Positions 29,721 through 39,354 of a stretch of DNA of 64,000 bases are shown piece after piece. A program made the translations under genes and the position numbers. The stretch lies in the NCBI GenBank assembly GCA_963662665.2, contig CAXXJS010000053.1:32469-96468 (forward strand), in the 5' to 3' direction. Numbering within the stretch: the first letter of the stretch is position 1; each line of letters opens with the position of its first letter. The stretch is from Candidatus Latescibacterota bacterium (GTDB lineage: Bacteria > Latescibacterota > UBA2968 > GCA-2709665). Below the pieces are notes generated by a model. It did no database searches. It was not told where the DNA came from and saw nothing but the letters and a program-made list of their open reading frames with translations.

Positions 29721-30473
29721 TCAGACATCACGGCCGGGATTCTCCAGCGTCCATTCCAGAACGGTATCGAGTCCGGCCAGATGCGCGGCCGTTCGCTGCG
29801 ACATCGGCCAGGCCGTTGACGTCTCGAAGATGAGCACGTGGTCGGCGTGGTTGTGATATACGTATGGGACGACACCGCCGGTGCCCCACGACGGTGCGAC
29901 CTGGTAGACGCCCCGGGATATGGGGATGTCGTTCTCGTCCTCCTCCCCATCCGGGTCGATTATGCCCACGCTTTCAACTGCCCGGATGACTGACGGTCCG
30001 GCCCACCGTTCATCGTGCCGGCCCTCGTACATGTAGAAACCCGCAGCCTCCCAGTCCTCGTGGAAGTCCACGTAAAGGTCGAACCGCTTTCCGTTCAATA
30101 TGCGCCTGACAATTTCCCCCTCGCGAACGCCGGCTTCCGAGAAGGACCGGTTGATATCCTGGCCCAGGCGGTTCTCTCTCTTATTGTGGACGTATCCCCA
30201 GGGATTGACGCAGGGCAGAACCAGAAACGAAAACGACCGCAGCAGGTCGGCCGGGTTACGCTCGAGAAACGCGAGGACCGCTTCCGGCCCCGCCGGCTCG
30301 TCACCGTGGACGCCGCCGGAAAGAAGCACGCGTTTCCTGCCGCGCGGATCACCGCCCAGCCGGATACAATAGATGGGATAGTCGTCCACGAATCCGGCCG
30401 CCTCCATTTCCATGTCCGCCAGGTCCAGACCCTCCAGCCGCCGGGTCAAGCGGTTAGAATCATGGTCATTCAT
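29721..30473 (-). CDS. M14-type metallocarboxypeptidase / succinylglutamate desuccinylase family protein
   Basis: GGVHGDEPAG, NPWG, DINR, DFHED. Confidence 0.85.
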   Translation of the reverse strand: MNDHDSNRLTRRLEGLDLADMEMEAAGFVDDYPIYCIRLGGDPRGRKRVLLSGGVHGDEPAGPEAVLAFLERNPADLLRSFSFLVLPCVNPWGYVHNKRENRLGQDINRSFSEAGVREGEIVRRILNGKRFDLYVDFHEDWEAAGFYMYEGRHDERWAGPSVIRAVESVGIIDPDGEEDENDIPISRGVYQVAPSWGTGGVVPYVYHNHADHVLIFETSTAWPMSQRTAAHLAGLDTVLEWTLENPGRDV

Positions 30474-30518
30474 CTTTGCAATTTCCGTGTTACCGTATGA
30501 ATTCGTGTGTGGATATGA

Positions 30519-32834
30519 TCAGGCAAGGCTTCGGTAGCGATCCAATGCCTCTGCCCTCATGTCGCGGGAAACACACCCCGTGACCATCTTGAACGCACTA
30601 TCCAAACCCCAGGCATATCCAATGTCAACGATTGCTTCTCCAGATGCTTCAATTATTCTCCGAGTAGGAACTTTATTGCTGTTGGAAAGCTCGACCAGTT
30701 CATGAATGCGGTTACGGTCCGAGATCAGAACTGGCGCGCAGCATTCAATTGTCCTACCCAACATCAGCGTCGCCAGACGTGACGAATCCGTAGGAAGCTT
30801 GTCCCACACATTCCAGATTATCGGTTTGGAATTTGCTTGTTTTGCTTGGTCTATAATGTGGAAACATTCCGCTGCATCAAGCATTCGTTCGTTTCGCACA
30901 ACACCCAGGTAAACCGATCCCTGTTCGAACTCAAGAGTACATCCGGGATCGTCTACAGTCCTCCATCTGGACCCGCTGAACACAGCCGGTTGTCCATTGA
31001 GTTGCCGCACACGGATTGGCATCTTTGCATTCGGGTTTGGTGGATTCTGTGGTCTCGGTCTCGGCAGGTCATCGGCTTGTGGAATCCGATCCCACTCCAA
31101 TTCTCCATCAAGTAACCCCAAAACGAGATCCACAACGTAGATCGTCTCCGATTCGGTACATTTCGACAGTGGAAGTGCATTCGTAGTACCCACTTTTATT
31201 GCTGTGAGCTCGTTACCATCTGGAGAAAACGCAAATGGATGGGTTCTGGTCGTCCTCTGTTTGCTATCGTGGAGCGTACAGAGTGCGAACACGCGATTTT
31301 CGACCGCTCTTAGACGTAGAATCGATGACCATTTGATGTCAACTACATTGTCGTAGCTTGGATTAATCCATATTTGGGCGCCGCTCCTGGAGAGAAATCG
31401 GGCGAGCAGGCCCAAGTATTGGTCGTGGCAAATGGTCGAACCAGCCGTTACGCCGGCCAGATCGAAGGTTGGAAGCATCGAGTTCGGTGTCCAATCGGGT
31501 GTCTCAAATGCAACTGCGCATTCTGTCGAATGCTTCACATATGTTCGCGAGTGTGATCCATCTGGATCTATACGTAACAGGACCTGCCAGGTGCGGCAGG
31601 TAGAGTCGATATTATCGTCGGTCGCGCCGACCAGCAATGGTGCATCGAGATCCCCAGCGAGTTCCTTCAGTAAGTTGATCCGCTTGGAATCGGTCGCCCT
31701 AATGTATCCTTCCGGAAAGAGAACGAAGTCTACGACTTCGCCAGCAAAGGATGCGCGGGTGGGTATGACGGGTTTCTGGGCATTGTCTCCGAAAGGTACG
31801 ATTCCGAGTATCGTTTTTTGGTTTACCTGAGGAAACACGAACGCCGCACGCAGCGCAGAAGTCTTTTCATTAGCGTAATGATGCTTTTTAATCTTCGTTT
31901 GAGTTGTTCTTACGGGCTTCTGCATTGAACCGCGATGGCCAACAAATGTGCCGAATCGCTGCTGGTCGATGGTGCTTTCCGGGTCGAGGGAGCACCAGAT
32001 CATATCGCGGGCGTAAAGTCTGACTGTCGGTTGAAGACCCTTCGTCACCGGCACGAGATCGCGCAGGGCGTCATACCAGGCACGCTGTTCGTCGCGGAAT
32101 GGGGGATCGTTGTCCTTTGCATCGTGTTGCTCACAGTGTGAGATCCATTGCTTTCCGGAAAAACCCAGGACCAGGTCCTCCGGGTACGCGTGAAGCGTCA
32201 GCTTTCGAGGCATCGTAAAGTGTTGTCTTTCGTCAAACTCCAGGATGAAGCCGGGTTCCGGTACCCAAAAGTCGCACGCGGCCAGCGATTCGGTTTTCAC
32301 GAAATCCTTCAGGGAAAAACCACGGTATTTCTCTAGAATTGCTGCGAGGTTGCGCAGTGTCGAGTAGATCGGCGTTCCAGGGAATGAGGAAAGACGAGTT
32401 GGCCAGTCAAACCTGTGATTCGCCAGGCATTTCCCGTAGATTCGTTTGAGAAGATCGCGAACACGGACCTTACAGTCCTGACAATGCTCGCTGTGATGTT
32501 GATGCTGAATCACGGACTTTGTTTTCCTGAGTCGACCGGCATTAATCGCGGATGGCGAGGGGTAATTATTACCTCCGCAATTGCAATTGGTGATTTGGAA
32601 GCCACGTTTCCTCAGAAAGCCGTTTGACTCACCGCCGCCAGAGAATTCGTCCGAAGGAAGAAGCCGACCGGTTGCTATCTTGTGAGCCAATGCGACTGTG
32701 TATTTCGGTGGATAGTGGTATCCATCCGATACAAGACAGTAATTCAGTGCCCGCCTTCGTGGTGGAACCCCATCACGTCTAATTTGGCCCATAGCTGAGA
32801 CTACGTGAGTTTTGCTGATCAATGAAGGAATCAT
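30519..32834 (-). CDS. Multidomain protein: restriction-associated N-terminal head + PD-(D/E)XK-like nuclease + carbon-nitrogen hydrolase (nitrilase)
   Basis: YPPKY...FSGG.ESNGFLRKRGF head; CDF...ILEFDERQHF...QRAWYD nuclease-like core; LFPEG, YVKH, ICHD nitrilase E-K-C triad; lower GC than flanks. Confidence 0.7.
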   Translation of the reverse strand: MIPSLISKTHVVSAMGQIRRDGVPPRRRALNYCLVSDGYHYPPKYTVALAHKIATGRLLPSDEFSGGGESNGFLRKRGFQITNCNCGGNNYPSPSAINAGRLRKTKSVIQHQHHSEHCQDCKVRVRDLLKRIYGKCLANHRFDWPTRLSSFPGTPIYSTLRNLAAILEKYRGFSLKDFVKTESLAACDFWVPEPGFILEFDERQHFTMPRKLTLHAYPEDLVLGFSGKQWISHCEQHDAKDNDPPFRDEQRAWYDALRDLVPVTKGLQPTVRLYARDMIWCSLDPESTIDQQRFGTFVGHRGSMQKPVRTTQTKIKKHHYANEKTSALRAAFVFPQVNQKTILGIVPFGDNAQKPVIPTRASFAGEVVDFVLFPEGYIRATDSKRINLLKELAGDLDAPLLVGATDDNIDSTCRTWQVLLRIDPDGSHSRTYVKHSTECAVAFETPDWTPNSMLPTFDLAGVTAGSTICHDQYLGLLARFLSRSGAQIWINPSYDNVVDIKWSSILRLRAVENRVFALCTLHDSKQRTTRTHPFAFSPDGNELTAIKVGTTNALPLSKCTESETIYVVDLVLGLLDGELEWDRIPQADDLPRPRPQNPPNPNAKMPIRVRQLNGQPAVFSGSRWRTVDDPGCTLEFEQGSVYLGVVRNERMLDAAECFHIIDQAKQANSKPIIWNVWDKLPTDSSRLATLMLGRTIECCAPVLISDRNRIHELVELSNSNKVPTRRIIEASGEAIVDIGYAWGLDSAFKMVTGCVSRDMRAEALDRYRSLA

Positions 32835-32915
32835 TCGTCTCTCGATTTGGGATCGGCGATTTTGATTGATTCGAACAACATTGCTTCCGCCTTGTGCGTC
32901 TCGCTGGAAGATTAG

Positions 32916-33740
32916 TCAAACAGTCGAATCTCGATTTCTGTACCGTATCTCGTGGTGGTCGTAATCGCTCGTGATGGGCACCGGTTTACCGTCCAGAAAC
33001 GCCCATCTCCCCACGTCGCACGCGGATGCGCGGACGAATCCGTTGATGTACGATCGCCGGGGCCGGTCGGTTGTATTCGGCGATGAGCCGTGAACCGTGT
33101 ACGACGTGAACATCAGCACGTCGCCCGGCAGGGCCTCGCAGGGCACGGCGGAGGAGACGTCCAGCTGCGCTTCGACGCTCCCTTTTGCATACCGTTTCAC
33201 TTTCAGGTTACCCAGTCTGTGGCTCCCCGGAACGACGTGCAGACACCCGTTGGCTGCGTTGGCTTCGTCCACCACAACGATGGTCTGAACATAATTCTTG
33301 ACCTGATCGCGAAACGCGGGTGTGGGGCGCACGTCCTGGTGCCATGGAAACTCGATTTTTCCGCCCGGCATCTTGAAGTTGATCTGGTTGATATACTGCT
33401 TCAGCGTCGTCCCGACCAAAGGGGCAAGGAGCGCGGGAAACTTCGGACTGTTTCGGATCTCCTCGAAGGCCGGATGAATGAGAGACGGCCACTGGACCTT
33501 TCGAAGATATCTTACGGCGTTTGGCCCGACCATCGGCCCGGGGGTCTGCAGGTGAATATGCACGTCGTTTCGCCTGCCCTTGAGAATCTCATCCGGAAGG
33601 TCCGTCCGCGAAGCCAGTTCCAGGATATAGTCGTAACCTTCGCGCAATCGCGCGATTTCGTCCAGGCCGAACACGCCGCGCGCCACGTGGAAGCCACGCT
33701 CCCGGAAGGCCTCGACTTCGTTCTTGCTCAAAGTTGTCAT
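32916..33740 (-). CDS. Phytanoyl-CoA dioxygenase (PhyH) family Fe/2OG oxygenase
   Basis: PWHQD, NGCLHVVPGSH, VHGSSPN..RR. Confidence 0.9.
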   Translation of the reverse strand: MTTLSKNEVEAFRERGFHVARGVFGLDEIARLREGYDYILELASRTDLPDEILKGRRNDVHIHLQTPGPMVGPNAVRYLRKVQWPSLIHPAFEEIRNSPKFPALLAPLVGTTLKQYINQINFKMPGGKIEFPWHQDVRPTPAFRDQVKNYVQTIVVVDEANAANGCLHVVPGSHRLGNLKVKRYAKGSVEAQLDVSSAVPCEALPGDVLMFTSYTVHGSSPNTTDRPRRSYINGFVRASACDVGRWAFLDGKPVPITSDYDHHEIRYRNRDSTV

Positions 33741-33932
33741 CGATAATCTTCCCAACCCTGCCCTCGTCGTGGGGAAGCCAGTTACCGCGATTCCGGGCAC
33801 GCTATGCAATGGCGTAGCGTAGCCGGGCGATTTCACACCATGGGAGTGGCCTTTCCTGTCTGCCCTTCTCCTCGTCATTCTGCATTCGGAGACGCACAGA
33901 CATGCCGGTCAGGACACCCTTCGCTCGCGATA

Positions 33933-34733
33933 TCATGGCCGCTTCCTGGCGACGAACAGACCGGGCCGCTTGACGATATGTATAGCGCCCCTGCCGGCAA
34001 TCTCCCGGTCCGCGATTTTTTCCAGTTCCCGCAATTCACTGGCGCTGAGCCAGTTGAATGACTTGAAGTACGCGACCAACGGTCCGGACTCCGTAATTCG
34101 GAGAGCGTCTTCGTACTTATGTAATCGCACGTCGGAGAACCATTCTTCAAGCTCCCTGCGGCCACTTTCGAGGCTGAACCAGTTGGAGTCTGTCACTTTG
34201 TCCGGAAATAAATCCGGATTCACCCTGCGCCCAAGTTCCGAGATGTTTCTCTTGTCTCCCCTTCCATTTGCAGCCGCGTACAGGAATCCACCGGGTTTCT
34301 GCACCCGCCGAATCTCGGAGAATGCTGTCCGGCGGTCCGGTACGTGATAGAGCATGTGATTCGCGATAACGGCGTCGAATTCGCGGTCGCCGTAAGGGAT
34401 CGCCTGGACGTCCAATACGACGAAGTGGAAGGGCGATTCGAGATTCGACAGAATCTCTCTTGCGGCCTTGACCATTCCAGGCGAGAAGTCGGAAAGCGTG
34501 ACTTTCCAGTGTAAGGGAACCCTTTCCGCGTTGTGGGTCCAGAGGTAACCCGGCCCGCATCCGACCTCCAGGATCCTCCCGAAGGAAGGCGCCGTAAGTT
34601 GATCGAAGACCCACGGGTGCCAAGCGCGGCTGTTCGTGCTGAAACGTGCGTGGAGTTCATATCTCGCATTGAGGTTGGACGTATCCCCATACTGTTCAAG
34701 ACGGAGGCGGTCCCGGTCGGAATGTCGTATCAG
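33933..34733 (-). CDS. Class I SAM-dependent methyltransferase, probable CTG start
   Basis: Frame stays open upstream of the listed ORF through ILEVGCGPG to a CTG with a GGAGG SD; also DFSPGMV, FDAVIANHMLYHV. Confidence 0.8.
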   Translation of the reverse strand: MIRHSDRDRLRLEQYGDTSNLNARYELHARFSTNSRAWHPWVFDQLTAPSFGRILEVGCGPGYLWTHNAERVPLHWKVTLSDFSPGMVKAAREILSNLESPFHFVVLDVQAIPYGDREFDAVIANHMLYHVPDRRTAFSEIRRVQKPGGFLYAAANGRGDKRNISELGRRVNPDLFPDKVTDSNWFSLESGRRELEEWFSDVRLHKYEDALRITESGPLVAYFKSFNWLSASELRELEKIADREIAGRGAIHIVKRPGLFVARKRP

Positions 34734-34734
34734 T

Positions 34735-36486
34735 CTACCCCTCCGCGCCGTATCGCCTGAGCAAAGCGCCCATGTCTGTTATCTTCGTTTCAATTCGGGC
34801 ATATTCCTTGTAGCCCTGCGGATTCTCGGTCCAGGCCAGCGGCGTCGCCCAGGGCGCACCCGCCAGATTCGGATTGGCGCCCGCTTCCAGCATGAATCTG
34901 ACGAGTTCGGGCCACTCGAAGCGTACCGCCATGGCGAGCGGCGTGGATTGCCTCTCGCCGCCCAGCACGTTCAACTCGGCTCCGTGGTCAATCAACTTTT
35001 CCGCGAACACGATTCGGTCGTGCTCGGTGACGTGCCAGGTGATTTCCGCGGTCCAATGAAGGGGGGTGAGGCCGCCTTTTTTCTCGCGTGCGTTCGGATC
35101 GAACCCGTGATCCAGAAGGCGTTCGAAGCAGGAGTAGAAGTGTTCGGCGCGGGATTTTCCCGGTTTGCCCGGACAGCGTAACCGCCACATCCGCATGGAC
35201 TGGCACAGTACGTCATGCATTTCGCTCTCTGAAAAACACGGATTCCGTGAAAGACAGAGTGCCACGAGATCCGGGTGCCCGCCGTGGACGGCGCCCTTAA
35301 TAACGTCCTTTACACACGATGGATCGGAGTTGACGAGCGCTGCATCGACGGCAATGTTGTCGCTGTTCGAGGCGTAGAATCCCGGCGCGATCTCGTCGTC
35401 GAACCCGGGATATGCGCCGTGCCGTAAAAGCAGTTTTTCCATCGCCTCGTTCCCGTTCGCAATCGCCCAGTTCAATGCGTTCCCGGATGCGTCCATCACG
35501 GTATGCGCCGAGGCCCCGTTCGCCAGGAGCAGCGCCGCCATCTCAAGATCGTCGTTGAGCGCAGCCGCGTGTAACGGGGCGCCGCGCTCGGCCACGGGGT
35601 ATCCTTGGTACTTGTCATAAGGCGTGTCCGGATTCGCGGCCCGTTCCAACAGGAGACGCACGACCTCGACGTGTCCCTTGTCGGCGGCGATCGAAATCGG
35701 ATAGGCGTCCATGCCAGGATAGTTTCGGGCCCGGTCATTCACGGCATCGGGATCGGCATCAAGAATCCTCCGCGCGCCGTCGGCGTCGCCGATGGCGCAG
35801 GCCACCCACAGATCGTATTCCGCGCCCCTTCCCAGCAGAATGCCGCCTATGACCGGCCACAACGGGCTCGGCGGCGGGTCCCATCCGCGTTTGGGCCGTG
35901 GTCCAAGGGCGAGGTGGATGGGCTTCTTTCCACGAGCATTCGTTCGATTCGGATCGGCGCCGCGGTCCAGAAGTTCCTGAGTCACGTCGATATGATGGTT
36001 TTCCACCGCGACGTGAAGCGCCGTATCGCCGCTGCGGTTCACCGAGTGTACACCGGATGGGTCCGAGACGAGCAGTTCCGTCACGCGATCGTAATCACCT
36101 CTGCCCGCCGCCCGGCACAGCTCGACGCCAGTCTCTGACTCTCCGGACTGCCGCAACCGCCACGCTTCCATCGCTTCAGCCACTTCGGCATGCCCGTGGT
36201 GCCTGGCCATATCGATCGCGGAGACACGCTCCCGGTAGGTTATCCGGGTCGGGCTGGCGCCGGCCGACAGGAGCAGCCTGACCACTTCCAGGTGTCCCTC
36301 GCGCGCCGCTTGATGGATGGCCTGATAACCATGCACGCCGTCTCGCCACGCGAGTTCGGGTTTCTGCTTCAAGATGGACCGCACCTGGTCCAGGTCACCC
36401 TCGCGCGCTGCCTTACAGATTTCCGCGACGCCGGCGGACTCGTTATCCCGGGCCGGTCCATTCCTGCGAAGCTTTCTCTCTGACAT
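34735..36486 (-). CDS. Ankyrin repeat protein
   Basis: Repeated GxTALHxA / AAxxGHxEVVRLLLxxGA units. Confidence 0.9.
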   Translation of the reverse strand: MSERKLRRNGPARDNESAGVAEICKAAREGDLDQVRSILKQKPELAWRDGVHGYQAIHQAAREGHLEVVRLLLSAGASPTRITYRERVSAIDMARHHGHAEVAEAMEAWRLRQSGESETGVELCRAAGRGDYDRVTELLVSDPSGVHSVNRSGDTALHVAVENHHIDVTQELLDRGADPNRTNARGKKPIHLALGPRPKRGWDPPPSPLWPVIGGILLGRGAEYDLWVACAIGDADGARRILDADPDAVNDRARNYPGMDAYPISIAADKGHVEVVRLLLERAANPDTPYDKYQGYPVAERGAPLHAAALNDDLEMAALLLANGASAHTVMDASGNALNWAIANGNEAMEKLLLRHGAYPGFDDEIAPGFYASNSDNIAVDAALVNSDPSCVKDVIKGAVHGGHPDLVALCLSRNPCFSESEMHDVLCQSMRMWRLRCPGKPGKSRAEHFYSCFERLLDHGFDPNAREKKGGLTPLHWTAEITWHVTEHDRIVFAEKLIDHGAELNVLGGERQSTPLAMAVRFEWPELVRFMLEAGANPNLAGAPWATPLAWTENPQGYKEYARIETKITDMGALLRRYGAEG

Positions 36487-36670
36487 CGTCAATAGTCCCT
36501 CTTCAACCTTATCTATTCTGGTCGCAGACGCATGATCACAATAATCGGCGGCGCCTGCGGAAACGCTGTGACTCACTGGTAAGCCTGATGATTTCAGTAA
36601 ACCACGCGGGGCGAGTTGAACGTGGTTGATGCGTCCCGGACAGTCTTTGTCAGGTTCACCCCGATGCAGG

Positions 36671-39001
36671 TCAGGACCCAACCAGATCGGACGTCTCTAC
36701 GAGTTTCCACGTATTTCCGCGGTCTTCGGACATTATCAGCGAGCGGCGGCTTTCGGGGTGGTCGTTCCGGTAGAACCAGTAGGTTGAGAAATAGTCGTAT
36801 GAGAGGAAAAGCCGGCCGATGCGGTCTATGGTGAGGCGGTGGTAGAACACGCTGTATTCCGAAAACGGAGGCACGACAAGGACCCTGGGTTCCTGCCAGG
36901 CGTCGCCCGCGGGGCACTGCTGATGCGCGAGGGTGGCGTAGTTGCCGGCAGGGAAGTAGCTGGTTCCGTTCCACCAGAGCCTGAAGGCCGAATGCAGCGT
37001 GTCTTTCGGGTCACACACGAATCCGATGTAGGTCTGCCGGGCGTCCGGCCAGGCCTCCCGGGGCTCCGTCCAGCCGGCGTCAGCCGTGTTCGAACCCAGC
37101 GATCGGGCATACGGGAAGGGGCATCCGTGGGTACCCGAGAGCGCGTGTAGATAGCCCTGGCTGTCCATCGTGATGCTGGGTGAATTGTGGACGTCGTTCG
37201 CGGGCGGACCGTAGCCGACCAGCGCGGGCGCCCCCATCGTCCGTGTCTTCCTGTCGATGGTGGCCACGTACGTCGGCACGCCCGGGACGTCTTCGTCCGG
37301 ATCGGTCGCTTCGGCCCAGATGACGTGTACTTTGCCTTCCCTGGAGACAACCGAAGCCGGGATTCCGGAGTGCTGGGAGAGACCGATACACTGATCGGAG
37401 ACGAGTATCGGTTCTCCCAACGAAAGCCCGCGCGACGTCGTCTCGGGCAGGAAAAGTTCCAGGTCGTTGACTTTTCGCCAGAACAGGCGGGCATCTTCCG
37501 CGGTGCGGGCGTAGCGGAGGATGGGGGGCGGTCCGTCGCAGGAATTGTGGCCTGTGAACCATTCGATATCGAATGTACGCGGACAATCCTCTCTTCCGGG
37601 AATTGCGCACGCGGAAAACGTGTGGCCCTGATCCCTGGAATACAGCAGGTTGGGTTGACCGTTGACATTTTCTACAATATATAGTAGATTTCGCGCGTCG
37701 AAGGCAATCTTGGTGGACGCGGATCCAAAAGTGGCGTTGTCAAAACCGTCGACGGATCTTCTGAAGTCGGATTCGGTCCAGCGTCCCTCGCGCAAGGCGC
37801 CGATCCCTTTTTCGGTCCTTACGAACGGCCGGTTGTCGAGATCGAAATAGATCTGGCTCTCCACGGGACAGTCGGGAACAAAACCGAACTGTGCGTTTTC
37901 ATGTTCGTAGGGCTTTAGTACCAGTGGTAGACGGATGGGACGTCTAACGGGTGAAGTTCCGGTCCTGAGCGTCAACGTCGAATAGGTGGATATCTCGGGG
38001 TATGTTTCGGATGTTGCCGTCACTCGGCACGTTAGGACGTCGTCTTTCCCTGCCGAATCCGGCATGCTGTAACGGGCGGAGACGCGCGCGCTCTCCATTG
38101 CGCCGAGATGGACGGTGTCCGCTGAGAGCCGGACGGGGACGATGGCTGCCCCATCGATTTCGGGCGTCAGCCGCACGGTTTGCGGGCTGTTGGAGCTGTT
38201 TCTGACCTGGAGGTCGATCGCGCCGGACGCTCCCCGGCGAACGTACACGTTTCGGTTGTAGGGTGTGAGCAGCCAGCGGCAGGCGTGGAGCGGGAAGAAG
38301 GAATCCAGTTGAGGGGTCCAGTAGGACATGTTCACGTGCGGGTCGTCGTCCCACCAGCGCGTGACGCCGTCGATGTGGATAACGGCCTGCTGGGCGGGAA
38401 GGTGGAGGCGCCACGGCGTGGAACGGTGAACGTCTGCCGGAAATGTATGGAGGACGCGCCCGCCCCGAACCGCAAGGGTATCAACGAGGCTACCGGAAGC
38501 ATCGAACACGGTCAGCGCTGCCACAGAGTCGGGCAGGTCTTCGATTTCAACGGCGAACGCGCCCTCGGGAGGAAGAAAGCAGACGTCGCCGGGATGCTCC
38601 GGCGCGAGCAGCACGATGGGTTCCTGGTGCCTGGCGTCCTTGTGCCCGCGGGAAGTCTCGATGAGGTAAAGCCTGCAGTTGGTCCGAAACGCCCAGATGA
38701 TCTCCTCGCCGTACCTGTCATTTGAAATAGTGATGCTGAGTTTGTAGATACCTTTGTGGTTGACATACGTCGACAACCGTGTATGTTGAAGAGGGCCGTC
38801 GCCATCGCCCGGACCGGTATCGGGGAGCGTCACCTCCTGAATGACCTTTCGGTCCGGCGCTATCAGAAGCGCGCGCAGGTCCGTGCGGCGGTCATGCACG
38901 TTCCGGTCGCGTTTCTGCAGGTCAATGACAAGCTCACCGGGCTCAGTGAGAAAATACGCGCCTCCGGCGCCTCCGATACCCCATCGAATCTTCGAGTCCA
39001 T
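36671..39001 (-). CDS. BNR-repeat (BNR_4-like) protein, putative glycoside hydrolase
   Basis: YSRDQGHTF and MSEDRGNTW Asp-boxes; DVHNSPSITMDSQGYLH. Confidence 0.75.
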   Translation of the reverse strand: MDSKIRWGIGGAGGAYFLTEPGELVIDLQKRDRNVHDRRTDLRALLIAPDRKVIQEVTLPDTGPGDGDGPLQHTRLSTYVNHKGIYKLSITISNDRYGEEIIWAFRTNCRLYLIETSRGHKDARHQEPIVLLAPEHPGDVCFLPPEGAFAVEIEDLPDSVAALTVFDASGSLVDTLAVRGGRVLHTFPADVHRSTPWRLHLPAQQAVIHIDGVTRWWDDDPHVNMSYWTPQLDSFFPLHACRWLLTPYNRNVYVRRGASGAIDLQVRNSSNSPQTVRLTPEIDGAAIVPVRLSADTVHLGAMESARVSARYSMPDSAGKDDVLTCRVTATSETYPEISTYSTLTLRTGTSPVRRPIRLPLVLKPYEHENAQFGFVPDCPVESQIYFDLDNRPFVRTEKGIGALREGRWTESDFRRSVDGFDNATFGSASTKIAFDARNLLYIVENVNGQPNLLYSRDQGHTFSACAIPGREDCPRTFDIEWFTGHNSCDGPPPILRYARTAEDARLFWRKVNDLELFLPETTSRGLSLGEPILVSDQCIGLSQHSGIPASVVSREGKVHVIWAEATDPDEDVPGVPTYVATIDRKTRTMGAPALVGYGPPANDVHNSPSITMDSQGYLHALSGTHGCPFPYARSLGSNTADAGWTEPREAWPDARQTYIGFVCDPKDTLHSAFRLWWNGTSYFPAGNYATLAHQQCPAGDAWQEPRVLVVPPFSEYSVFYHRLTIDRIGRLFLSYDYFSTYWFYRNDHPESRRSLIMSEDRGNTWKLVETSDLVGS

Positions 39002-39354
39002 GGTCCTCGCCTCCGGATTGTCGTCGATGCATTGTATTGGTACCAAGTATAAGGTTGGGGCCCGTCAATTGAAACGAAAATAAGCCGTGGGCAGGGTCTG
39101 CGGATCTGCATTGCGTCGGCTGCGATCCGATACGCTTTACCATGGAAACGTGAGACGCGAAGCTGAAATCTTGGAACGAACAAGCGAACCGGGAAGTCGA
39201 AAGGGCATGAAGGAACCACGCCTCGACGTCGGTTCGTCTCCACAGGTAATAGATTCAAAACCTTCACGTAACCGGTCCGTAACATGGGTTGTATATTCTG
39301 CGTTGCTGATGGTCTTTTTCGCGGTTCGACGTAGATACAACGAGGGGGGATAAG

